DNA of 64,000 nt from Syntrophales bacterium (GTDB lineage: Bacteria > Desulfobacterota > Syntrophia > Syntrophales > UBA4778): assembly GCA_963665615.2 (NCBI GenBank), contig CAXXQE010000006.1, forward strand, positions 649,165-713,164. Direction: 5' to 3'. Position 1 is the first letter of the stretch, and each line of letters opens with the position of its first letter. Made by a program: the position numbers and the translations under genes. The notes below the pieces were generated by a model. It was not told the DNA's origin. It searched no databases and worked only from the letters and a program-made list of their open reading frames with translations. Positions 34,880 through 44,776 of this stretch are shown piece by piece.

Positions 34880-35637
34880 GCAAAAGGCCCTTCATCGCCG
34901 CCAATTGGAAGATGAACAAGACCGTCCGGGAAACGACGGATTTTATCAGGGCTCTGTCGCAAACCGCCCGTACGGTCATGGACCGGGACATTATCGTCGC
35001 CCCGCCCTTTACGGCCCTTTATGCCGCCTGCGATGCGGCCAGAGGAACCTCAATCCGTGTAGCGGCTCAGAATCTTCACTGGCAAGACAATGGCGCCTAT
35101 ACCGGAGAGATATCCGCCGCCATGCTGACGGACGTCGGCTGCGATTATGTCATTATCGGTCATTCGGAACGGCGCCGACTCTTTGCGGAAAGCGATATCG
35201 ACATCAACCGCAAACTCGCCAAGGCGCTGGCAGTGGGGCTCAAGCCGATCTTCTGCATCGGAGAAACGCTGGAAGAACGCGAGGCAGGTCAAACCCTTAC
35301 CGTCATCGGACGGCAGATAAAGGAAGGATTGAATAAACTCAGCAGGGGTGATATAGAGAGCCTCGTCGTTGCGTATGAACCGGTCTGGGCCATCGGAACC
35401 GGTAAGACCGCCAGCCTGGCGCAGGCTGGAGACGCGCACCGCGCGATCCGCCGTGAGATAGAGGTGCTGTATGATGCCGATGCCGCTGCGGCGCTCGTGA
35501 TCCTCTATGGCGGCAGCGTCAACCCTGAAAATATTGGTGCCCTGATGGCAGAGCCCGATATCGACGGCGTCCTGGTCGGTGGCGCAAGTCTCGATCTTGC
35601 GTCGTTTATAAAAATCATTCATTTTGACAAGACATAG
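34876..35637 (+). CDS. tpiA: Triosephosphate isomerase (TTG start overlapping the gap stop)
   Basis: NWKMN, GHSERR, AYEPVWAIGTG, YGGSV, LVGGASL. Confidence 0.98.
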   Translation: MSKRPFIAANWKMNKTVRETTDFIRALSQTARTVMDRDIIVAPPFTALYAACDAARGTSIRVAAQNLHWQDNGAYTGEISAAMLTDVGCDYVIIGHSERRRLFAESDIDINRKLAKALAVGLKPIFCIGETLEEREAGQTLTVIGRQIKEGLNKLSRGDIESLVVAYEPVWAIGTGKTASLAQAGDAHRAIRREIEVLYDADAAAALVILYGGSVNPENIGALMAEPDIDGVLVGGASLDLASFIKIIHFDKT

Positions 35638-35689
35638 AGCTTGTTCGCAATACGAACAAGCTCTTAATTCAGAACGGGGGTAAACGACT

Positions 35690-36034
35690 TTGCACATCGC
35701 CGTTATCATTTTACACGTTATCGTTTGCACAATGTTAGTACTGATTGTCCTGCTGCAGCGGGGCAGAGGCGCCGACATGGGCGCCGCCTTCGGCGGCTCC
35801 AGCTCCACCCTCTTCGGCAGCAGCGGACCCGGAACCTTCCTGGGAAAAATCACCACGGTCGTCGCCATGGTCTTCATGCTGACGTCGCTTTATCTTGCCT
35901 ATTTCGCTTCCAGCAAAAGTCACTCCGTCGTCGATAAGGCACCCAAAGCGACAACCCAGCAGCCGGTTCGTCAACCCGCTGCGCCGGTCGTTCCGCCCGC
36001 GCCGACTCCGGCGCCTGCTGCGCCATCCAAGTAA
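35690..36034 (+). CDS. secG: Preprotein translocase SecG
   Basis: VLLQRGRGADMGAAFGG, two TM helices, Pro/Ala tail; tpiA-secG-tRNA-Leu synteny. Confidence 0.95.
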   Translation: MHIAVIILHVIVCTMLVLIVLLQRGRGADMGAAFGGSSSTLFGSSGPGTFLGKITTVVAMVFMLTSLYLAYFASSKSHSVVDKAPKATTQQPVRQPAAPVVPPAPTPAPAAPSK

Positions 36035-36110
36035 CATACCCTTGAGGTTTTTGTGGCAAAAGCAGCGGAAAAGTGATATTGGCCGTTTACGTTTATGCTG
36101 ACTGGTTCGT

Positions 36111-36196
36111 GCCGAAGTGGTGGAATCTGGTAGACACGCTATCTTGAGGGGGTAGTGAGGCAACTCGTCCGGGTTCAAGTCCCGGCTTCGGCACCA
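36111..36196 (+). tRNA. tRNA-Leu(GAG)
   Basis: GCCGAAGTGGTGGAA...CTATC-TTGAGGG-GGTAG, long variable arm, GTTCAAGTC, CTTCGGCACCA. Confidence 0.97.
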
Positions 36197-36203
36197 TACA
36201 TTG

Positions 36204-36235
36204 AAAGGGAATCGGGTCTCCGGTTCCCTTTTTTT
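36204..36235 (+). terminator. Intrinsic terminator after tRNA-Leu
   Basis: AAAGGGAATCGG-loop-CCGGTTCCC followed by T7. Confidence 0.8.
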
Positions 36236-36333
36236 CTGTCCCTGGAAGCAACCCGTTTTTTTCATTTGAAATGTAATCCTGATATGTTACAAGTAACCGG
36301 TCGTTATTGACCGAATGGAAAGGAATCGTCTTC

Positions 36334-37299
36334 ATGAGCATATCCGATGCGACGAAATGCGGCGTAGATCTGCGAAGACACATGTGGATGGCGGGTGTCG
36401 AAACAGAGTTGAGACGCCTGATCTGGCAGATCGCCGTTACGGGGAAATACATCTCTGCTAAAATACACGAATCGAACAGAAAGTTTGCTGGCGTTCAGAA
36501 CATGTTCGGCGAGGAGCAACTGGCGCTCGACCGGACATCCGACGACATCCTGAAGGCCCAGCTGCAATTTTCCGGCTTCGTCCGCGATTACGCTTCCGAG
36601 GAACAGGACTCTATCGTCCGCATCGGCAAGGGAGACGAAACCTACTTCATTACTGCCGATCCGCTGGACGGCTCCTCGCTCATCGACACCAACCTGTCCA
36701 TCGGCACCATCATCGGCATTCACAACGGGCCGATCTGGGGTGGTGGTCGCAAGACCCTCGTCGCGGCCATGTACATCACCTACGGGCCCCTGATCACGAT
36801 GGTCTATTCGGCCGGCAAGGGAACGCACGAATTCGTCCTGAACCGCGAGGGCGAGTACGTCCTGTCCCAGGACAACATCCGACTCAAAGAAAAGGGCTCC
36901 ATTTACAGCCTGGGCGGACTCCGCAAGGACTGGACGCCGCCCCATCGCGCCTACGTCGAGGACCTGGAGGCCCTCGGCTACAAACTCCGCTATAGCGGCG
37001 GCTTCGTGCCCGACATCAATCAAATCCTCATCAAGAAGGGCGGCGTTTTCTCCTATCCGGCACTCAAAGACGCGCCCACCGGGAAACTCCGCCTGATCTT
37101 CGAGCTTCAGCCGATGGCCTACATCTTCGAGCAGGCCGGCGGTAAGGCGACGGACGGCCTCACCGACATCCTGGAGATTAAACCGGAGAGTCTCGAGCAC
37201 CGCTCTCCGATTTACATCGGCAGCGCCCAGGAAGTCGAAAAGGCCCGGATGTACCTGTCTTCCAAATCCATCCGGCTGGAGAAAAGCGCCAACGCCTGA
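36334..37299 (+). CDS. fbp: Class 1 fructose-1,6-bisphosphatase
   Basis: YASEE, DPLDGSSLIDTN.SIGTI, LRYSG..VPD, KLRL.FE..P. Confidence 0.95.
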   Translation: MSISDATKCGVDLRRHMWMAGVETELRRLIWQIAVTGKYISAKIHESNRKFAGVQNMFGEEQLALDRTSDDILKAQLQFSGFVRDYASEEQDSIVRIGKGDETYFITADPLDGSSLIDTNLSIGTIIGIHNGPIWGGGRKTLVAAMYITYGPLITMVYSAGKGTHEFVLNREGEYVLSQDNIRLKEKGSIYSLGGLRKDWTPPHRAYVEDLEALGYKLRYSGGFVPDINQILIKKGGVFSYPALKDAPTGKLRLIFELQPMAYIFEQAGGKATDGLTDILEIKPESLEHRSPIYIGSAQEVEKARMYLSSKSIRLEKSANA

Positions 37300-37366
37300 G
37301 ATACGGCGCGTCTCACTCGACACATACATGATTGACCGACCTATCCTTTTTTCTTCGAGGTGAACC

Positions 37367-38806
37367 ATGACGACTATCTATTCGACTATCGATCAGTTAA
37401 AAAGCGGTATTAACGGAACACTCACCATTTCCGGCCATAACGTCAGCGTGAACGATCCTGCAAAACTTCGCGCGGCGATCATCGACGACCTTATCTTCAC
37501 GGCCGTCTTCAGCGCCGATCCTAAAGCCCAGTCCTATGCCCGCTGGCTGATCCGCCGCACCGGCGCCGCCCTGGGCATTCTGTCCTCCTCCATTCATGAC
37601 CTTTATATGCTCATGGGCAAAGAGAAGATCGGCGGTTTCACCGTCCCCGCCATTAACATCCGCGGTATCACCTACGTAAGCGCTCAAGCCGTTTTCCGCG
37701 CCGCCCTCAAGGGCAACGTCGGCCCCTTCATCTTCGAAATAGCACGCTCCGAGATGGGATACACTGAGCAACGCCCGGAGGAATATACCGCCGCTATTAC
37801 CGCCGCTGCCATTAAAGCCGGCTACACGGGACCGATCTTCATCCAGGGCGACCACTTCCAGATCAGCGCCAAGAAATTCGCGGAAGACCCGAAGAAAGAA
37901 GTGGACACGGTACGTACCCTGATCCATGAAGCGGTTCAGGGCGGCTTCTACAACATCGACATCGATTCCTCGACCGTCGTCGATCTGAACAAGGCCACGA
38001 TCGAAGAACAGCAGCACAACAATTACACGATCGCCGCAGAGCTGACCGCGGAGATCCGAAAGATCGAACCCAAGGGCATCACCATCTCCGTCGGCGGTGA
38101 GATCGGCGAAGTCGGCAAACAAAACAGCACCCCCGAAGAACTGCGCGGCTTCATGACCGGCTACCTGAAGGCCCTTGCGCAGCAGGATAGCGACCTGGCC
38201 GGAATCAGCAAGATCAGTATTCAGACCGGGACCACCCACGGCGGTGTGCCGCTGCCCGACGGAAGCATCGCCGAGGTCAAGCTGGACTTCAACACCCTGG
38301 AAAAGCTCTCCAAGATCGCCCGCGCCGAGTTCGGTCTGTCCGGCGCCGTTCAGCATGGCGCCTCCACCCTGCCCGACGAGGCCTTCGACAAATTCCCGAA
38401 GACCGGCACCGCTGAAGTCCATCTGGCCACGGGATTCCAGAACATGATCTACGACAGCGCCGCCTTTCCCGTCGACTTCCGCAAGCGGATCGTCGATTAC
38501 GTGCATGAAAAACTCGCGGACGAAAAGGGCGCGAAGGACACCGACGAACAGTTCGTTTACAAGGCCCGCAAGAAGGCATTCGGGCCCTTCAAAAAAGACA
38601 TGTGGCATCTGCCCGCCGACGTTCTCCAGAAAATCGGCGGAGAGTTAGAAGACAAGTTCAGCTTCCTCTTCGGCAAACTCGATGTCCTCAACACTCGCGA
38701 CATCCTCATCCAGAGCATCAAACCGGTCGATGTCCCCCTCGCGCCGCCCGCAGCCGACGCCGCTATCGCATCGCACGAAGGCGAGGATTATGGGGAAGGA
38801 GAATAG
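37367..38806 (+). CDS. Class II fructose-bisphosphate aldolase family protein, long form
   Basis: VPAIN, QGDH, GEIGEVG, GTTHG, VQHGAS class II aldolase motifs; adjacent to fbp. Confidence 0.8.
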   Translation: MTTIYSTIDQLKSGINGTLTISGHNVSVNDPAKLRAAIIDDLIFTAVFSADPKAQSYARWLIRRTGAALGILSSSIHDLYMLMGKEKIGGFTVPAINIRGITYVSAQAVFRAALKGNVGPFIFEIARSEMGYTEQRPEEYTAAITAAAIKAGYTGPIFIQGDHFQISAKKFAEDPKKEVDTVRTLIHEAVQGGFYNIDIDSSTVVDLNKATIEEQQHNNYTIAAELTAEIRKIEPKGITISVGGEIGEVGKQNSTPEELRGFMTGYLKALAQQDSDLAGISKISIQTGTTHGGVPLPDGSIAEVKLDFNTLEKLSKIARAEFGLSGAVQHGASTLPDEAFDKFPKTGTAEVHLATGFQNMIYDSAAFPVDFRKRIVDYVHEKLADEKGAKDTDEQFVYKARKKAFGPFKKDMWHLPADVLQKIGGELEDKFSFLFGKLDVLNTRDILIQSIKPVDVPLAPPAADAAIASHEGEDYGEGE

Positions 38807-38845
38807 CGCGGCATTGCCGCGCAGTGACAGTGACAGGTAACGAGT

Positions 38846-39041
38846 GACGGTCTCGTAAAAAGTCAAAGGGAATGAGGATGACGGGATGGCTCTCTGCCGC
38901 TCAGAAATCTTTTTCCGTCATGTCCGGCGCCGGATTGTCAATGCCGTCGGGCTGGAAAAATCTTTGATTCGCGTTTGAAACCCATCCCGTCATCCTCTTG
39001 TTTTAGGATTGATACATTATCTGATTTTTTGCGAGACCATC
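38846..39041. mobile_element. MITE-like non-autonomous element, copy 1 (196 bp)
   Basis: TIRs GACGGTCTCGTAAAAAGTCA / TGATTTTTTGCGAGACCATC; 6-bp flanking direct repeat ACGAGT (38840-45, 39042-47); internal IR GAGGATGACGGGATGG / CCATCCCGTCATCCTC. Confidence 0.75.
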
Positions 39042-39133
39042 ACGAGTGACAGCAATAGATAAGACGTGCTGCATTAAAATGGGCTGTCCCGTTCTGCATG
39101 ACCACTACGGTGGGAATGATAGAGTAAAAAAAG

Positions 39134-39168
39134 AAACCCCGCTGCTTTTCATAAGTCGCGGGGTTTTT
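39134..39168. terminator. Probable bidirectional terminator between convergent aldolase and FKBP genes
   Basis: AAACCCCGC...GCGGGGTTTTT with an upstream A-tract. Confidence 0.55.
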
Positions 39169-39246
39169 GATTAAATGAGGCGATGCGAGTAGCAGGGGGA
39201 AATGTGAATCCCTCCTGGCGGAATAGACAACGAGAATGTCCGTTGA

Positions 39247-39978
39247 CTATTTCTTCTTTTTTTTCGTCTTGCATTCCGGCTTAGGCGCGGGAGACTTCTC
39301 GAAGGCAGGCACCGGATCACCTCTCCTCACATCCAGCAGTTCCACTTCATAGACGAGCGCTGTACCACCCGGGATGTAAGGCATTTTACCTTCGTCACCG
39401 TAGGCGAGATCGGAATGACAAATCAGCTTCGCCTTGCCGCCTACTTTCATTTTGGTAATGCCCTCCGTCCAACAGGGAATGACCTTCTCCAGCATGAATT
39501 CCGACGGCTCACCCTTCACCAAGGTAGTGGTGAAGACCTCGCCATCAATGAATGCGCCTGTATAGTGAACCGTAACGGTGTCCGAGGCCTTGGGCTGAGC
39601 GCCCGCTCCCGCCTTGATTTCTTTATAAAGCAGGCCGGATGCTGTCTTCTCAACGCCTTTTTCCTTGGCGGCATTCTCCAAGAAAGGTTTCGCCTGGTCC
39701 TTTTGTTTTTGCACCAAAGCCTGCATACGCGTCCCATAGAGGGCATCTATTTTACTCTCATAGTCTTTCGGGTGCGCAATGAGTGTCTTACCGGCTAAGG
39801 CATCGGACATGCCCTGCATGACAAATTCTCTCTCCTCGGCGGATGGGGTAAAGCCGGACAACTGTTTCGCTACGTCAACGCCCAGCGCATAAAAGGTTTT
39901 TTGATCGTCCGTCTGAGGCTCTGCAGCCCATAGGGGAACGGCGACTAATAAAGCGGCAACAATGATTAGTTTACGCAT
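39247..39978 (-). CDS. FKBP-type peptidyl-prolyl isomerase (Mip/FkpA-like), paralog 1
   Basis: Signal peptide MRKLIIVAALL, YALG N-domain, TASGL.Y, VHYTG, VIPCWTEG, AYG, IPGG..LV.EVELL; AGGAG RBS. Confidence 0.9.
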   Translation of the reverse strand: MRKLIIVAALLVAVPLWAAEPQTDDQKTFYALGVDVAKQLSGFTPSAEEREFVMQGMSDALAGKTLIAHPKDYESKIDALYGTRMQALVQKQKDQAKPFLENAAKEKGVEKTASGLLYKEIKAGAGAQPKASDTVTVHYTGAFIDGEVFTTTLVKGEPSEFMLEKVIPCWTEGITKMKVGGKAKLICHSDLAYGDEGKMPYIPGGTALVYEVELLDVRRGDPVPAFEKSPAPKPECKTKKKKK

Positions 39979-40424
39979 GGGACTCCTTTTTTGAACGATA
40001 ATATTTTTCAAACGCTTAACTGCACTATGCAGACAAGGCACATCATCCCCCCGTCTTGCAACCAGTCATTCCAGTCCAGAAACGTGCGTCGTCTTGAAAT
40101 AGCGGGAACTTTTAATAAGTTACCGCTTTCTCGCTTCTGAAATATCAAAGGCCTTCCTTGTGTATAGCAACTAAATATAATAATCAAGTGCTTTCTGGTT
40201 GAGATTGGCGGTTCACTGGAACACGTTCCGGCTAATCTCCAACTCATAAGGTACGATTTAAAAATGAGCAAAATAAGCATGGAGGCGTCTTTTCAGGTTA
40301 TTCGATTTCAATTTGACATTTGTTAAGAAGCTTAATAGATTCTCGCATACATCTTTTAGACGACATTTTCACTCCAAATACTGAATTAAATTTCCCAAAA
40401 GGGAATTTCGCTCTGGAGAGATAC

Positions 40425-41262
40425 ATGATTCTGCCTCGTCGGTTCTGCCCGCTCATTATTCTATTAATTCTGTTTCTGACGTTTAGCTGCGCAATATGTG
40501 CCTATGGAGATGCCACGGTTGACGTCCCCGAGCAGAGTCCTGCCGCGGCGAACGTCTCCGCGCCAAGTCCTGCAGACACGCCCGCTGTGGAGAAGGAACC
40601 CCAAAAAACGCCGGACAATCCCTCCGTCGTTACGACACCTCCAGCATCAACGCCCACGGCAAAGAAAATCAGGGTCCTGATCATGCCGGATATAAAGCTA
40701 TACGAACGGGGCGTTCAGACGAATGAGTTACGGGACGATTGGGTCAAGGTTGCGCAGGAACACATCTTGGGCGGGATATCTGAAAAACTGAAAAGCCGGG
40801 GCATGGAACTCGTTGAATTCAAGCCCATTCCCGATATCGAAACGGAGGTAGACGAGGTTAAGGCCTTATACGGTCGTCTCAGCTTCATCTATTATAAAAA
40901 GAGCCAGGGGGCAAATTTCGGGGCAAAGGGGCCCGTAGATTACAATGTCGGTCCGATTGAGAGTATCATCAACCGCGCCGGCGGCGATTACCTTCTTCTC
41001 GTAACCGGCTTCGACGTTATGGCGACGACCGGCAGGAATATTTCCAAAATCCTGCTGAGAACACTTGCCGCCGCCTTGGGCACCATTATCACGTCTTTCG
41101 GAGACGTGACCTATCTGAATGTCGCGCTGGTGGAACCATCCGGCAAAGTCGCCTGGCAGCAAGCGCGCGTCCACGAAATCGGCTACGATCTAAGGGACGC
41201 CGAAAAAACGGGGGAAACTCATCAGTGAGATTTTCTCCTCTTTCCCGGACAACTTAAAATGA
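40425..41262 (+). CDS. Secreted protein with Pro/Ala/Thr linker; +1 frameshift near the 3' end (as read it stops at 41228)
   Basis: Signal peptide and low-complexity linker; removing one G from G5 at 41210-14 gives ...EKTGKLISEIFSSFPDNLK* with an ATGA overlap into the next gene. Confidence 0.6.
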
Positions 41263-42368
41263 AAAAAATCATCTGCATTCTCTTTGGCCTGCTGTTCATC
41301 CTCGGGTGTCCCGGGCCCCAGCGCAATGCGCTCGCGCCTTTCGACACAACCTCCATGGCCACCAGCCTCGAAGACGATGAGCAGCGGCTCTGGAACCGAG
41401 CCGATGAATCGCAGAAACTGATTGCCAAAAGCGGAATCATTCTGGACGATCCCGCTCTGGAAACATATCTCAATAGTGTGGCCAGAGCGCTTCAGCCGCC
41501 TGAAATCATGGCCCGCGTTCCTTTTACCGTAAAGGTCATCAAGGAGCGGACATTCAACGCCTTCGCCCTGCCGAACGGGGCGATCTTTCTGCATACCGGC
41601 ATCCTGGCCAGGATGGACAACGAAGCCCAACTGGCCCTGCTGCTCGGACATGAAATGACGCATACGACCAATCGTCATATGGCCAATCAAGTGCGGGGAA
41701 TGAAGAACTTCGACGTTCTTCTGTTGGGAAATCTCGCAGCCGCAGGGTATTCCAGGGAGCTCGAAACAGAGGCGGATGCAAGCGGCTTTAAACTCCTCGT
41801 CAATGCAGGCTACGACCCGCGGGCTGGCCGTTCCTTTCTTTCATAGCCTGAAGGAATATGCGCTGGAAGAAAAAGAGCATGAGAAATTTTTCTTCGGCAC
41901 TCATCCCAAAATCCAAGGAGCGCATCGATAACTTCGAAAAAATATCTCGCCTCATGCCCTGCCAGCGGAGGCAAGAAAAACGAAACCGAATTTTTAAAGA
42001 ACATTAGAAACGCCCTGCTGGTCAACGCAACCTTGAATATGGAGCAAGGGAAGTACAATCAGGCCTCAGAAGGAACTGGAAAAATCGCTTGTGGCAACGC
42101 CTCAGGATGCTGTGGCCTATACGATGCTTGGAAACTTGGCGCTGAAAAAGGGCGAGGAGGGCGCGCAGAGAAAAAGCACTGGAATCTTTCGACAAGGCCA
42201 TTGCCATCGACGCCAAATACGCCGACGCCTATAAGAACAAAGGGGTCGTGCTCCTCAAAAAGGGCGACAAGCAACCGGCAAAGGCCGCCCTGCAGCAATA
42301 TCTCGCCTTGTCGCCGGACGCCCTACGATCGAAAATTTGTCGAATCCTATATCAAGCAATTGCTCTGA
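41259..42368 (+). pseudogene. M48 metallopeptidase lipoprotein with C-terminal TPRs (BepA/YfgC-like), broken by six +1 frameshifts (probably sequencing errors)
   Basis: Lipobox LILGC, NAFALPNG, HEMTH, YSRELE.EAD; downstream frames give GTHP..QERI and TPR repeats (FDKAIAIDAKYADAYKNKG). Confidence 0.8.
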
Positions 42369-42380
42369 GGATGAGAAAAA

Positions 42381-42987
42381 ATGAAACGGTTTCCCTTGAT
42401 CCTGTTGGCTTTCATCGCGTTCCTCGTTTGCTCTGCGATCGATAGACCGGCGCTGGCGGAAAAAAAGTAAACTTGCCAAATTATTTTCAACGCCTCAGTG
42501 GGAAGAGGTTAACGGAACCTATAAGTCGGAAATCTGGAAGTTGGAGGCCGATTTTCCGCAAGGTTGGCTCTGGGACCAGAAAGATGGATTCGTTTATACG
42601 TGCGAGGGCACTTTGCTGCAGATGGTCCGGTTCGGAAAATATCCTATCGATAAAGACGTTCCCCCCAGTAAAAAGCAATTTAAAAAAGACATGCTCCCCC
42701 AGGAAGCCGTTGAGTTGATGATTGAACTTCGCAAGATGAGATACGACGCCACAGACTTCAAACTCCTGGAGATCAGCCCCGCCAGCATTTCCGGAATCGC
42801 CGGCTGCAAGGCGGTCTATACCATGCGGAGCGTCAATGAGCCGAAGCTGAAAGCAGTCACGTATGGATTTTGTATCGATGAGGATTGTTATGATCTGTCG
42901 TACGTCGCGCCCTTCCGATACTATTTCGACAAGCATGCCGCCGAGTTTGAAAAAATCATCAGCACCTTCAAGTTAATCAAACCGTGA
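42381..42987 (+). CDS. Secreted hypothetical protein; one +1 frameshift in the A7 run at 42460-66
   Basis: MKRFPLILLAFIAFLVCSA...PALA signal peptide joins ORF 42541-42987 when one A is removed. Confidence 0.6.
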
Positions 42988-43157
42988 ACGCCGCGAGATC
43001 AAGGGCCATGGGAAGCGGTCAGCCCTTTGATCGGTTCAAGGCTCTTTGCTGTTTTCCAATATACACGTTCGCTCTGTATGCTGTTGACAATGAAGTCGTA
43101 TGGTAGTCTGTGCCGAGGGACAACAGGGCAAAACAGGGAAGACTTATTCCCTCCTCC

Positions 43158-43886
43158 TTATTGCAGATAAAAAATGAAGTACGCGCAGGCGCCGCTTATG
43201 AAGCTATCGAAACGATCCAGCACTCCCCCATGACCAGGCAGAATCTTTCCAAAATCTTTAACCCCGTTCAGCCGTTTATAGTATGAGGCAGTAATATCTC
43301 CGGCAAGACCGGAAAAAGCCAGAACGAGCCCCGCCGAAATTGAATGGGTGAGGGTAAAGTCAAAATAACGGCCCAACACAATTGCCATAGCGGCTGCCGA
43401 AAGAATACCTCCTATGGCCCCCTCAAGCGTTTTACCCGGACTGATATTAGGCAGAAAATGATGTTTGCCTGCAATCTGACCCGCAATTTGACTGAATCCG
43501 TCGAACATGCAGATGATCATGAAAACAAATACTTTTTCTTTAGCGCTCGACTTTATGGAAAAAGCAATAAGTCCCGCGGCAAGAATAATGTAAACAAGAA
43601 AAGTGCAAACCAAAACCGCGGTTTCTTTATTCTCTTGATTCCCTTTTGCCCGGACAGAGATAATCTCGGAACCACCTTTCAATACTATAACGCCCATAAG
43701 GACCATAAACGCAGATAGTCCTGCCCACGCGCATGCGAATGTTACATGAACGATAAGGTAATAGACCCAGAATTTTTTCCATCTGGCCTTTTTCGTCGGT
43801 TGATCGAGTCCGCGATTGGAAATAAAGGTCCCTAGGATGCCGATGGAGAAAAGAACATTAACGAGGACCAGTATAAATGTGATCAA
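43158..43886 (-). CDS. Phosphatidate cytidylyltransferase family (CTP_transf_1, CdsA/YnbB-like)
   Basis: ISPGKTLEG, GD..AS..KR..GVKDFG.ILPGHGGVLDRFDS signature; multiple TM helices. Confidence 0.9.
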   Translation of the reverse strand: MITFILVLVNVLFSIGILGTFISNRGLDQPTKKARWKKFWVYYLIVHVTFACAWAGLSAFMVLMGVIVLKGGSEIISVRAKGNQENKETAVLVCTFLVYIILAAGLIAFSIKSSAKEKVFVFMIICMFDGFSQIAGQIAGKHHFLPNISPGKTLEGAIGGILSAAAMAIVLGRYFDFTLTHSISAGLVLAFSGLAGDITASYYKRLNGVKDFGKILPGHGGVLDRFDSFISGACAYFIFYLQ

Positions 43887-44776
43887 TGTTTTCCCTTTTC
43901 GTTCACAAAACAGCTTATCTTGGCATCGGACAACTTGATTTCGACGTTTAGGACATCCTCCACAATTTCGCCGTCCACCATGAGGTCAAATGGCGAATCG
44001 CCGGTTACGGAAAGTGAGCGCGCTCTCCGGGTTATTCCAGGTTCATAGAAATATTTTTCGGACAGCACCGAGAGATTGTGCAGGCTTTGGCGGAAGAAGC
44101 CCGCGTTGAGTTCCATAACGTCGAACATCGAGTCGCACGGTGAAGCGTCTTTGAAGGCGCAAAAATTTCCTGCGTGCCTGGTATTGTTAATCAACATCCC
44201 GGACAGGATTCTTGTTCGCGCGTTTTCCTGATCGTATTGAACGAGATAATTGAATTTGCGCTGGTAAAAAGCCAGCGCACAGGCAGCCACCGGATAGCTT
44301 AGCGTCCGCAATCGTTTCAGGGGCCCCTTGCCGAACTTTACGGTATCCGCGCAATAACCAATGCCCAACGTTGTAACGGCAATGTAAGTCTTGCTCATCC
44401 CGCTTTTGTGACGGGTCTTCACCTCGAGAAGATCGATAGGCATACATATTCCGCGCTTAAGCGCATCCAGGGCATCGTCGAATCTGCGAATCCCCAAGTC
44501 TCTCCCCAGCGAATTGCCCGTGCCGAGGGGAAATACGGCCAGAGACTGGCGTTGCACATCCATGCCGGCAACCGTTTCAAAAATAGTACCGTCACCGCCG
44601 CACGCGACGATCGTGTCATAAGAAGAAGATTGTTTCGCCAATATCGTTGCATGTCCGTAATATTCGGTTACCTTGCATTCATCCACGATAGTGTAAAGCC
44701 GGCGCAAAACGTTTTCCAGCCTCCTTCTACCTCGGATGCTCCCGCCTTGAGAATTTATGATTGCTACGGCATTCAT
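43883..44776 (-). CDS. Diacylglycerol/lipid kinase family protein (DAGK_cat, YegS/DgkB-like)
   Basis: IIN..GG, T...GHA, CGGDGT..E, PLGTGN, VDGE. Confidence 0.9.
   Translation of the reverse strand: MNAVAIINSQGGSIRGRRRLENVLRRLYTIVDECKVTEYYGHATILAKQSSSYDTIVACGGDGTIFETVAGMDVQRQSLAVFPLGTGNSLGRDLGIRRFDDALDALKRGICMPIDLLEVKTRHKSGMSKTYIAVTTLGIGYCADTVKFGKGPLKRLRTLSYPVAACALAFYQRKFNYLVQYDQENARTRILSGMLINNTRHAGNFCAFKDASPCDSMFDVMELNAGFFRQSLHNLSVLSEKYFYEPGITRRARSLSVTGDSPFDLMVDGEIVEDVLNVEIKLSDAKISCFVNEKGKH

Noticed and set aside
36111..36196. tRNA-Leu as an integration site for the downstream accessory region
   Set aside because: I found no duplicated tRNA 3' end and no adjacent integrase; the next genes are metabolic.
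37397..38608. 403-aa minus-strand ORF (also 36304-37368, 49406-50686, 58481-59779)
   Set aside because: Antisense shadows of the aldolase, fbp, metG and ispA/xse genes caused by codon bias.
38822..38848. Short GTGACAG-like repeats after the aldolase as a possible CRISPR or tandem array
   Set aside because: Only a few 6-7 bp units with no spacer periodicity; they form the MITE target context. No CRISPR array was seen in the window.
39206..39219. GAATCCCTCCTGGC, identical to 14 nt of the tRNA-Trp 3' half
   Set aside because: Too short, lacks the CCA end, and is explained as one arm of a local hairpin; not accepted as an att site.
43085..43110. TTGACA...TAGTCT as an antisense promoter facing the lipid operon
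   Set aside because: Spacing is only 14 nt and there is no downstream plus-strand gene.
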